64,000 bases of DNA, taken from assembly GCF_037042905.1 (NCBI RefSeq), contig NC_087245.1:25174001-25238000 (forward strand). The letters are read 5' to 3'. Positions 22,769 to 34,136 of this stretch are shown in pieces (positions within the stretch are counted from its first letter, which is position 1; every line of letters starts with the position of its first letter). Below the pieces are notes generated by a model. It saw only the letters and a list, made by a program, of their open reading frames with translations, had not been told where the DNA came from and did no database searches. Both the position numbers and the translations under genes were made by a program. This stretch comes from Lytechinus pictus. Lineage: Eukaryota.

Positions 22769-25509
22769 TTGGACTGACATGAGAGTTCTTCCAAAGGGCA
22801 TACCGGGATCAACATGAGAGTTCCCTCAAAGGACAGTAGCTTATAGATCAGTCAAGTCAACTCTGTATCTGACTCATTGGTTTAGGATCAATGGTATTCA
22901 TGAATGATAAAACAGTCTCTCAGTGATATAAATTTACTTTTACTTGGGTGATAAGCTCCCATCCAATTGTTCCTGTTGATGGGATCTGTGGGGGAAATAT
23001 AGAACCAATGCCTGGATGCAAGGCTTACCTGTTAAAGGAATTTAGTCTCATTCAGTTGATTCAAAATGTACTGCACATACATTCTAAGTAAAATAGTAAA
23101 ATAGTTTCATCTGTGTACCTTTGATTTTTTTTAAGTAAAAGAGAAAAAATTGAATAATTATAATGCCAAAGATCAGAATCTGATGTAAAAGAAGAAAAAA
23201 ATGATCACTTTATTTCACAAAACAGTTATATGCACATCCTGCTTGATATGCAAATAAGGGAACCATAACCCACTCACTATTTCATTTGTATTTTACTTAT
23301 TCATAAGGGTATTTTTGTGATCAGATTTATGTGAAAGCTCCTTGTGGAGGAAATTTTTAACTTCTCGGTGTATTATCTTTCTTTTGGTTTATAAATTATC
23401 TCAAAAACTTGTTTAGGTTCACTTGAATGCACTTTGTGTTTATTAAAAAAGGGGTGGGGAAGGTAGAGTGAGAACCTTGTCACATGACCTTTAGATAGCG
23501 TCTAGACGCTCACCTGTTCAATGATATGGATTTCCTCTAAGCTCACTAGGTGTTCCAACTTTATCGTCTCATGTTTACAACTTTGATATGCCAAGATTTT
23601 GTATTTTGAAGGCAATACAAATTGCAGGTGAAAACCATAGTTCACCTAGTGATTTTACACCAGCAAGTTGGGAGGGGGGAGTTAAGATTTGTGTAAAAAA
23701 AAAAATCATTAATTTCCTCTCAGGGAAGTTATATAAAAAAGGAGGTTTTGCTTGAAAAATAGAATGCACCATTGAAGTTATTCACGAAAGTGTTACATCT
23801 GGAGTATTTTGTAATTTTGTAAGTGAAACCAATCATATTGACCAATGGTTATCTTATGGACTTTTCCATTTCTGATAATGATGCTATGTCTTAGTGATTT
23901 TCAAAAAGACTATTAAAAAAACACCACTAGATAATGATTTCAGGTAACGATTCATTTTGCTTCTAACTGACTGAGCTCTGAAGCCTCTGATAAATTCAGG
24001 ACTTGCCCTAGAATGAATTTATGTACATCAGACATGACTATCCAGGGATATCACTGTCACAGTGAAACCAAGGGAAAGAATTGTCATTGCTAAACAGTCA
24101 CTGATACAGAGAGTGTGGGGAAAATGGTGGGGGGGGGGGGCAAATGGGGCTTATGCCCCTCTTTGAGGATTTTTAAACATTAGCATTTTTATATGGGGGT
24201 TTCAAATGTCAATATGTGAAATATGCTCCCTGTATGTGGTAATAAGCCTTTTCTTTTGCTTGTCAATTTTTTTCTTTAAAGTGCCCCCCTTTTGGGTAAA
24301 TTATGGATCTGCCCTTGAGTGTACCCTATTTGGTTGCATTTTTTTTCTTTGAAGCGATAACCCTTTCTTCTCTTTTTGGCCCATTTAACACTTGTCTCAA
24401 AACGTTTTGAAATTTATGTACTCCCTCTGAAATGAAATCCTAGAACTGCCCTTACAGCTAACAAATTCACATTACTTCCTGACTCCTAGGGTTGAATTAA
24501 TGGGCTCTTCAAGGTGTCATTGTTTTCAGTTAGTAAGCCCACATCTGAAAATGATTTAGGAAATCTTGAAACTATGCTTAAAGTAAAATATCATAATTCT
24601 AAACTTTTATCATTTCAAGAATTACAGCAAGTTTAAAACATCTTTATTATAGTTCAGTGACTATAATATTGTATATACATACAGTTACCTGTTTTGTTTT
24701 TTGTTTCCTAATATTGTCATTTTTCATAAAATTGTATAATACAACTCACTTCAAGATCTCAATCAAATGATTGGAAGTGTGCAGAAAAGTTATCGAACAT
24801 TCTTTTCCTGAAAAGTGTTCTGACCTACGACTCCTATCCAACATTTGATGGACAGGTCCGTATTGGATTTTGATTTGATATTGTTTATTTTTCTGCATTT
24901 TTTCATAATGAGAATATTCTGCCCCTGAAAAATTGCATTTCCATGAAATTCTGTGACTTATTTTCTTCTTTTATCAGTATCGGTGTAAACTAAGAACAGT
25001 TGATGTTTTCGATGTTGTGGTACTACATCTGACCAACCGTGAAGAGAAAACCCTATTATTTATAAGTGTGTATGACTACATGTACATGGCTATCAGTACC
25101 ATCAATTTATGCTCCAATTGCTGCTTCCTTTCTTCATTTTCAACATCTCCCTGGTGGCTGAGTCACAGTCTAATTCTTCTCAATAAACTATACCATTCAT
25201 TGCTTGATAGATTCACTTCATTGATGTCCCCTCCTTTCATTGAGGTTAATATGTCAATTTTTCCTCCTTATTTTTTAAACTTTTTGTTTAAAGAAGACCG
25301 TGATTAGGGTTAGATTCATGACAAAAGTCGTATTGCAAACCTGACATGATGATCAGTAGGTGAATAGAAGATATGGTCTATATCATAAATGGTTTTACCT
25401 GTTTCAATTGATATACAAATATTCTGAATAGTATACTTTCTCGATGATTGATCTGGCACGTCTCAAAGATATACTGTCTAGGCGCATGATTATCATGATA
25501 TAATCAAAA

Positions 25510-25725
25510 TAATAATATAATAATAGGATTTGTATCCACCTTGCTAGGTGCTCAAGGCGCTCCTATATTACCCTGGCTAAGCTAGTCTACCAATTTTGGT
25601 GCGCACAGCTTTTTGAGGAATTACTTCCTGTCGGTACCCATCAGGAAAACACGCCATGGCTTGGAATTGAACCCATGTCCTTCAGATTGAAAGACAAGAG
25701 TCCTAACCACTAGACCACGATTTTC
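25510..25725 (-). mobile_element. tRNA-derived SINE with L2-like 3' tail
   Basis: Minus strand: A box TGGTCTAGTGG, B box GGTTCAATTCC, body with TGGGTACC, 3' GCGCCTTGAGCACC...GGTGGA...AAAT then (TAT)n. Confidence 0.85.
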
Positions 25726-25872
25726 ACACATAGTAATCACAATAATGTCATCTACTATTTTCTCCGAAAATATAAAAGGAAGATGGTGTTTTAAGCGTTT
25801 TGTCTGTCCTAATGATTCAGCTATATGACATAGGAATATCAAACATAGTACAGTCATTCCTTCGACAGCAAA

Positions 25873-26095
25873 CACTGTACTGTTAACCGGTGTACATCAA
25901 ACCAGTTATTTTACACCGATGTTAATTTGACAGTGTTAGTTTAACACCTATAGATGTTATTTCTACACTTTTGGTTGTTACATCTAAATTCTTTGGTGTT
26001 ATGTTCAATTTCTAGGGTGTAATGTTAACACCTCAAGGTGTGGTCCTCTATTAACACCAACTGGTGTCAGTTTTAACACCACAGTTTTTACAGTG
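25873..26095. mobile_element. CACTG-ended (CMC/EnSpm-like) MITE
   Basis: CACTGTA ... TTTTTACAGTG ends; many AACACC/GGTGT subterminal repeats; left end degenerate. Confidence 0.55.
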
Positions 26096-27147
26096 TGTCT
26101 AAAAGGCCATTCAAAGAGAAACACAAAAAGTGACCACTAGAGGCAGTTGACTTTACAGATAGCCACAGGTTGTACTGTATAACACATGTATTCCTGTTAA
26201 TAAATGGGAGAATATTTTCTATGGCCCCTAAAGATGGCTTTACACTGTAAAACAGAGGGCAGCTAAGAAAGGTTTGACTGTTTATTATTCTTATCATTTG
26301 AATCATCACTCATCTGTATTTAAGTCTGCTTTGAATATTTAATATGATTCAATAATATGGGAAAATATGGTCTCCATGTATTTACATTCTCCTGCTACTT
26401 CCATAAATAGAAAAAATAAAAGAGGAATGCACTCTGCGGATGCTGGTATATCGTTGCCATGCTAATTGACATGATTTGACCAGCCACAACAGGTTTGGTG
26501 ATCTAATAAGTCCAGCTTTATTTTTGACAGTGCTTCTTGAAGTCGCAAAGACCTTTGTGCCATCATGCATTTCCCGTAAGATGAGCAGGACTTGAATTCT
26601 TTATTGATTTACAGTAAGGAAGTGACTAGATCATCCTAATTCCATTCATATTTTCTTCAGTGAAGAAAGATCTTACTTGTTCTTCCTTCTGTCAGAAACT
26701 GAGACGGAGTTAGTTCTCAGATGCAATATCCACCCTCATGTCAGCTTAATTCACATAAATAAAAATCAACAAGTCAAACGGTAAATATTTCCTCCATGTT
26801 CACTTTGCTCAGAATGGAAATAAAAGTTCATTATCAGTGTGACTTATTTTGATAAAAGGGAATATTTTTTCTTTACAAAAAATGGATTTCATGTAAAATA
26901 GAGATGAAGTAATCTATAATTATTCAATTATTTTCAAGCCTGCATTAGGCTTACCTTTGTTTTCACATACATGTAAAATAGCAATAATTTGAAATGGCAG
27001 AATACCCCAACTTTCATGAATATGTTTTTTTATTCATTAAGTTGTAAAAGTATGTTTGGTCTGTGAATGTTAAACATAGACACTTCATGACTTTTATTGT
27101 CTTTAATATCTGACTACCCTCAGACCATCTTTAGATATATATGTTCA

Positions 27148-27297
27148 TAGTGGCTCAGTGGTAGAGCACCTGCTTCATGACGGGACTTTAGATAGAGAAG
27201 GGTAATAATAACATATTATGTTATGCGGGGCCCACTCAAAAATCAGCTACTAGTGGAAGTACCTACCCTCGGTAAATAAGAGTTATTATTATCATTA
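27148..27297 (+). mobile_element. Internally deleted SINE remnant
   Basis: tRNA-like TAGTGGCTCAGTGGTAGAGC (A box), no B box; 3' GGGCCCACT...CTACCCTCGGTAAATAA and (TTA)n tail. Confidence 0.5.
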
Positions 27298-28802
27298 GTT
27301 CTATTGTTACTTGATGAAGTTTTTATTCAAGTTATAGGTTCCCCAAAAGCATCATTATTGTGATGAAAGAGAGCTGAGGGAGTGAAGACACCTTAAAGAT
27401 AACCAGTAATTTTCAAGGAAATCCAAATATGAACAGAAAATCCAGTTGTATTCCAAAATAGATTGCCTTGATTCTCCCCTTGGCATTAAAATCAAGAGGT
27501 CTTTGTCTCACAAAGAGGAAGCTTCAAGATCGCCATCCCCCTGATGATAAGAATTAACCTATTGACTGCTTAATTCTGTAATTCCCATAGGTTTTGTACA
27601 GTGTCCATCCGGTTCCAGTAGCAAATGAGTTAAGGTGCATCCAAGGAGATGTGGACAGTAGGTGGCCTTCAACCCCATGAACTTGACATGATTTGATGAT
27701 GCCGGTTGAACGACTTGGAGCGCATCCTGTTGGGGGAGATAATTCTGTGCTCTTGACAGAAGTTTCCTGTCCTAAAAACTGTCCCTCCCGACTTTTTAAA
27801 TTCAAGCTTGAAATAGCAGTTGTATGTGAGCTGGTGTTATAGTAGGTGTTTTTAAATTTGAACTGCTTTCAGCTCTCATGTAACAGCAATAACAAATTTG
27901 GATTTAAAAAAAATTAATGACATTAACATTGCATCTTTATTGGCAAGTAAACAATAGTGCTTTCCTTGTTTTAGTTTTCGGATCAACAGACTTTTGGAAT
28001 AACAAACCTCTGGATTAGCGAACCTTTGTTTGGACCAATGAACTTGGGGAAGATTGAACCGTCAGAGTATCGAACGTTTAGAATAATGAGATGTAACCCT
28101 GAAGAAACATTTTGAATTGCCTATTTCTATTATGATAATTAGAACTAAACTGGTTCAACAATACTGTACGCATTATATTTGACCTAAATGTAACATAATG
28201 TAATTATGCTATAAGCTATTGGGAATTGTATGTACACTCTCCCTTGATCTTATAAACCAAAAAGTCAGAGAAAGGAAGTTCATGAGAAACTAAAACACAT
28301 ACTTAGCAGTATTTATTATCAAAATATAGAAATGTAAACTTGTATAGCCTTTTGAAATCACAGTGGTCAGACAGCTAATAGTGAAAAGTGCAATCTGTCA
28401 AAACGATAGCACACAGGCGCTGTTAGTATAATGGGTCTTGTACAAAACAATTAGTTGGCCTACGATAGTGTTCCTTTATTATTGTCAAAATAGACCATTC
28501 TTTCCAATGGAAGCCTGCTGTACTGTAGGTATATAACGCAGAAGTAGTGAAAAGAAATTTTAGCATATGTTTGAAATTATTGATTAACCAATTTTGACGA
28601 GTGGTATTCAGTGGAGAATTCCTTTCTGAAAGAATGAAAAGCAGTTTAAAAACATCCTGTTTGAGAGTGATATTTCAAGTCTTATTATGAAGCCCACATC
28701 TCTTGATTGACATTGAAAGTGTTTGTGAGAAGCTGTGAACTTGACGAATGTAACGGCCTGGCGACTGTTAACTAGCTGTTGACGGAAAGATAATTTTGTG
28801 GG

Positions 28803-28870
28803 CTTGCCAGAAGTTTCCTGGCTATAAATACACAAGCAGGGGGAGTAAGTCATAGAGCTAATTCATTCTT
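28803..28870 (+). promoter_or_regulatory. Candidate TATA-containing core promoter
   Basis: TATAAATA at 28823-28830, Inr-like TCATTC at 28863; downstream candidate donor CAG|GTAACA (29054) and acceptor TTTTCTTTAG| (29669). Confidence 0.3.
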
Positions 28871-29736
28871 AGATAGTATGGAATTTCTCTTTTCCTGAAA
28901 CTCGGAGGGAGTCTGATTTGTCGTTTGTCTGGCCAATTCAGCGGACTCCACTGCTGCATCCTGAAGCTTTCATCCAAGTAGTAGTTCCACACCTAATATG
29001 AACTCTTAATGCAACTCCGATTGGGAAGTAGGAAATCATGTTTTGTCAACGCAGGTAACAGACTCCAGTCTGTGATCGCTTTCGTTATGAGGAATACTTG
29101 GATTTTAGCTTTTCCCTTTTCAACGTCCTGAAGGATAATGTCTGTCATGACAAACCAAAGGACTTCTTCCTTTCCTTGACATTTGATGTGGATCTAACCT
29201 TATTGTATCTCTTGGAGATCAGGTGAATTGTTCTCTTGGTGACAGTCAGAAATTTGGTTTCCTATCATTTTTCCTTTCCATGCGTGTCACCGAGTTGGAA
29301 TAATCTTCCTTCTGCTATCTTTGAGATATCAGTTGGTGGTAGCAAGCTTAATCAGATAGCTGTATTCTCTTTGTAATGGTATGGTCTGTACCTCCGTCTT
29401 CTTATGATGTTTATCTTCATCGAATGCAGCTTTCTAAACTTTTTAGAATGATGTCTGCTGGTAATACCTCAAATGTATCAGGAGTGTGATGCCTAATCCA
29501 AGGGCTAGGGAATTCTAACTAAACCTAGATGACAAGTAGTTTCGCTCAAGATTAATTAATTGCGGTTTCAGTTCCCAAGGAGGAATCATATATCATACTT
29601 CATGTGATTGTACAAACCAATTGTCATGTGTCTCTTGAGCCAGACCGCTGGTTTTTAGCTTTTCTTTAGGAATAAACTATAGGAGGTATCTTTACAATTG
29701 GATTTATACTTTGGCATTGTTTACATAACTACCACC

Positions 29737-29785
29737 ATGTCAACGCTAGATGTTATATGTGAATACGAGGCAGCCTATAATCAAG
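29737..29785 (+). CDS. Candidate first coding exon segment of an unidentified host gene (MSTLDVICEYEAAYNQ + 1 nt)
   Basis: ACCACCATG Kozak context, strong donor AAG|GTAAGA (phase 1), upstream polypyrimidine acceptor at 29669. Confidence 0.4.
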
Positions 29786-30575
29786 GTAAGAATGTACTTT
29801 TATTGATTATGAATTTATATTTTTACCAGTATGTTTTGAAAGTACAGTTGAATTCCTGTAGCAATAAGTTGTATATTTAAGTCTTCTAATGGGCCCTGTA
29901 CAATATGTTATTACAACCTTTTCCATTCCAATATGTCAATTGGTACTAGGTAGAGGTTTGAACCTATCACCTTTGGTCTATGAAGAGGGGGGGGGGGGGT
30001 AGATCACCTGAACCATCATGCCCTGTTAATCTTGACTTATCAAGAAATTTCTTTTGTGATTCTGAGAATTTTCAGGAAAAACAAACATTCAAAAGAGTTG
30101 ATTAAAGCCCAATGTCAGACAAAAATCATGATTACGACTGATTAATTATGATTTAATATCAGGATTCTACATGGAATTTTACCTGAATCTTAACAAATGG
30201 TCCTACACGTGTCAGAGAGTGAGAGCAAGCAATATGCCTTATAGAATTGATGAGGGGTGACTTAACAACGTAATAGACCAGAAAGGTGGCAGAGTACATC
30301 GCTCTGGCTCACTTACACTGAGATTTTAATTTAATTTCACCAAGCATTGTGCACCCGAGGTGCTTGGTTATGCCCTGAAAAGCGGAGCTGGGAGAGGAAG
30401 TGTAGGGAATATTGGCTTCCTGTGTTTTCAAGCCACGGTTCCCATCGTCCCATTCATGGTGAAGTGAACCTGGGAAAGATTATAGGGTCACTGACAGCAC
30501 CAGGATGTTTGGGAGAAAAGGGTGATGGTATAGTCCTGTTATGCCTGTCTTAATCAGCCTTAGATTGCAATTTAT

Positions 30576-31379
30576 CTGATGGGTGTTTCATAAAACTTAC
30601 AAATTGACTTTATGCATGACTGGTGACTATTTCTTGATATCGTCAGTGAGTTTGCGAACTGGCACAAACCTCGACTGGTCTTCAAAACACAATTATGAGC
30701 ATTTCTTGATGCTCATAACTTCGGCCTTTGAAAGAAACCAGATCACTTATTTATACCGATTTAAAGCATACATTCTACCCTTTAAAATATGCAAAACTTT
30801 GTTTGCAATTCAAATTCTTTCAATATTTAAAAAAGAAGTGCAGGTATGCATTTCAGAAACTGCTAATTTTTATGAAAAAAACAAGGAGGTTTAGGTCACT
30901 TCGTTAAATCATGCATGCCATGCCCATTGTTTTTAGTGGCACAAACCACGGTTTGTGCCAGTTTGTAAAATCATTCAATGCATATGCGCTGCATACGCAC
31001 AACATCTAGGTTTGGTTATTGACCTTCGCGCACCATTCTGGAGAGAGCTACAGTACAGATGGAATGGGTTGTGCCACCTCGTAAAATCAAAGGAGAGGTA
31101 TATGTGTCTTTGTGAAAGGTTAAAAAGCTCTTATTCTTTAAATAATATAAATTTTGATCTGAAATTTCTTCATTCTATAGAGTTAATGATGGGCTCTCAG
31201 AATATGCAAAAAACTCAATTTTGAAAATTTGATCGAAAATTAGGTTTGTGCCACTTTGTAAAATCACTGATGATATATTCCTTCCATGCCTTTGTAACTG
31301 ACTTAGCACCTCACAACATGTTCAAATCATGCATAAAGTTGAGCGTAACTTACAAACTACTTTGTTAAACACCCTCCTG
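30576..31379. mobile_element. Short MITE (same family as 47715) split by a nested element
   Basis: Left half GGGTGTTTCATAAA...GACTTTATGCATGACTGGTGA and right half AACATGTTC...CGTAACTTACAAAC...AAACACCC match the uninterrupted 47715-47890 copy. Confidence 0.75.
30641..31272. mobile_element. Non-autonomous DNA transposon with ATAT TSD (Sola-like)
   Basis: Imperfect 30-bp TIR CGTCAGTGAGTTTGCGAACTGGCACAAACC vs CATCAGTGATTTTACAAAGTGGCACAAACC; ATAT at 30637-30640 and 31273-31276. Confidence 0.8.
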
Positions 31380-31990
31380 GCAATTTGGGGCTTATGTTCA
31401 GTTAGTCCAGTAGGCCAATTTGTTTCATTAGCACTGCAATTGAGAGGAATGTTTGATTAGGATTCGAATAATTCATAGGATAGGAATGTTATATTACCAG
31501 TCAGTCAAAACACATTGCACTGTTTCATTTTGTTGCGAAATATCACTTAAAAATGGATATATGTGTGCTGAGCAAATATGAAGCCGATAAGAATAATCAG
31601 AAAGTTCAACGAAAACTTTACCCCTTTGGCTAACCATAGCATACTTTCACCTTCTGTTCAACACCCACTTTCTCCCTCTCTCACTCTCTGTCAACTGCAA
31701 TTAAGATCTGGATATGAATGGCTGTTGCAGTAGACAGTATCCCCATTATGGTCGAGAAAAATTAATTATGATCCCAGCTTTACGGTAGCAAGAGCGTCAA
31801 ATGCTCCATTACTCATATGAAGTCATAAACAAGTCACCCTTAACTAGGCTTCAAGCAATCTTTATGAAGTTTATTAGTACATTTTTAATGCTTATAAATT
31901 ATATACTTTCTTTATAAACACTGTCTTTGCAAAGTTATTTGAATAGGAGTGGTCTCAGAGGCACACCTTGTGGCAAACCTGTGGTTGGGT

Positions 31991-32350
31991 GATTTATTTT
32001 CAATTCGTCCAATTGCCACTTTGCCTACTATCATTTGGTCTACCATCAGTTCATCCACTATCCACATGGTCAAATTGCCAGTTCGTCCACTCACCATTTT
32101 GTCTAATAACCAGTTGGTCTTATCCATTTAGTCCATATTCCATTTGGTGTAATTGGACTAAGTATTAATTGTGCAAAATGAATGAAAATGAAATGGATAT
32201 TATATGAGACGAAATGGTGATTAGACGAAGCAATGATTGAACCAAATGGTTGTCAGATGAAATGTTGATGGACGGAATGGCAATAGACTAAATGAAAGTA
32301 GACCATGTGGTGAGTGGACGAGTTGGCAGTAGACGAATTGGCAATTTACC
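31991..32350. mobile_element. Foldback-type MITE with laddered subterminal repeats and 8-bp TSD
   Basis: GGTTGGGT at 31983-31990 and 32351-32358; left arm repeats GTC(C/T)A, right arm repeats T(A/G)GAC; ends GATTTATTTTCAATTCGTC vs GGTAAATTGCCAATTCGTC. Confidence 0.8.
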
Positions 32351-33286
32351 GGTTGGGTTAGAGGTGGGTGTGCTTGTGAGGGTGTGTGTGTATGTGTAAG
32401 GAGAGAGAGAGGGAAAGAGGTATTGGGGTATTATTTTTTTTGGGTATAGATATGGACTGTGGGATTTCTCTTTCTGGGGGGATTTCTAATGACAGAAGAT
32501 AATATTATTTATTTATAATTTTATTTTGTAAGATATACTGTACGTCCCAGTTGTAAAAAAGTACCTTTATTGCTACTATACTTTGCCTGATCCCAGTCCA
32601 TTGTTAGCATGATTTATGTGAATTCACAGGCTTATTATGAACTGAGTGTGAACATGCCCCTGTAATCAGAGACACACCTGTGGTACTTCAAAAATGTTCT
32701 CATATCCTGTACGTAAAATGGTGGGCACATTCGTACCCACCTCAATTTCCTTTGTCCGTGCCTCTCCCATCTCAAAATGACATCACAACTGACATTCTCC
32801 CCTCCAAACTTGACATTCATTCAAAACTTGCATGTCACTCCCAATCGAGATTTGTTTATTGGAGTTTTGTGAATGTTTGAAAGGTACCTGGTTCTTTCTT
32901 GTTTTATTGGGACCAATCTTTTCTATTTTAGTGTTTTTTTGTTGGGAGGTCTCAAATGTTGATTTTTGTTGTTGAAATGATCAATGCACGTTGTCAACAA
33001 GAGTCTTACGGAAAATGTGCCCCATAAAGAATTAGACTCATGTTTCTGCAATAATACACATTTGTTTGACTTGTGAAGATTAGAATCAAGGTGTAGGATT
33101 AACATTTTTCATATCCTTCTTTAGGTAAGTACATATTAATACATGTACCTTAGTCACATTTTCTCTATGTTATAAGCAGCTGTTTTCGACTCGATGTACG
33201 GCTGCAGTAGAGCAAATGTGACTGAGGTATTACCAAAGTATCGAATTGAATGAACATATGTGCCCTTGTGAAATTTAAGTATTTTT

Positions 33287-34136
33287 GTCTTGCCTTGCAT
33301 AGCAGAGTGAGACTATAAGTGCCGCTTTTCCGACGGTTAAGGTTAAGTTTTTTAAATGACATCATAACATAGAAAGTATATGGACCTAGTTCATGAAACT
33401 TGGACATAAGGATAATCAAGTATTATTGAACATCCTGCCTTGGTTTCAGGTCACATGATCATGGTCAAAGTTCATAATAGGGACAATGAACTTAGACCAT
33501 GTTGGGGGAATCAATATCGAAATTTCAACCTAAGGTTAAGTTTTTAAAATGTCATCATAACTTAAAATGTATATGGACCTAGTTCATGAAACTTAGACAT
33601 AAGGGTAATGAAGTATTACTTAACATTCTGTGCAAGTTTCAGGTCACATGACCAAGGCAAAAGGTCATGTAGGGTCAATGAACTTTGGCCATGTTGGGGG
33701 TATTTGTTGAATTACCATCGTAAACTTTGAAAGTTTATGGATCTAGTTCATAAAACTTAGATATAAGAGTAATCAAGTATCACTGAACATCCTGTGCGAG
33801 TTTCAGGTCACATGACCAAGGTCAAAGGTCATTTAGTGTCAGTGAACTTTGGTCATGTTGGGGGTATTTGTTGAATTGGCATCATAACTTAAAAAGTGCA
33901 TGGATCTAGTTCATGAAAAGACATAAGGGTAATCAAGTATAAGTGATTGTTTTGCACACATCTTAGATCACATGATCATGGTGAAAGGTCACTGTGGGTC
34001 AATGGGCATAGTATTTTATTATCATATGAATGATTTCTTTTGTGAATAATTATTCAATAGCTGTTTTCAAAGTCAGAACTGCTGCTATATCAAATCGCGT
34101 AATGCAGGCGAGACTGCCAGAGGAGTTCCACTTGTT
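33287..34136 (+). mobile_element. HINE/Tsp-like element, copy 2
   Basis: Same termini and ~162-bp internal units as the 40031 copy; GGC microsatellite missing. Confidence 0.88.

Noticed and set aside
25650..25725. tRNA gene (Glu-like, TTC loop) on the minus strand
   Set aside because: A and B boxes are present, but the acceptor stem does not pair and it continues into a SINE body and LINE-type tail.
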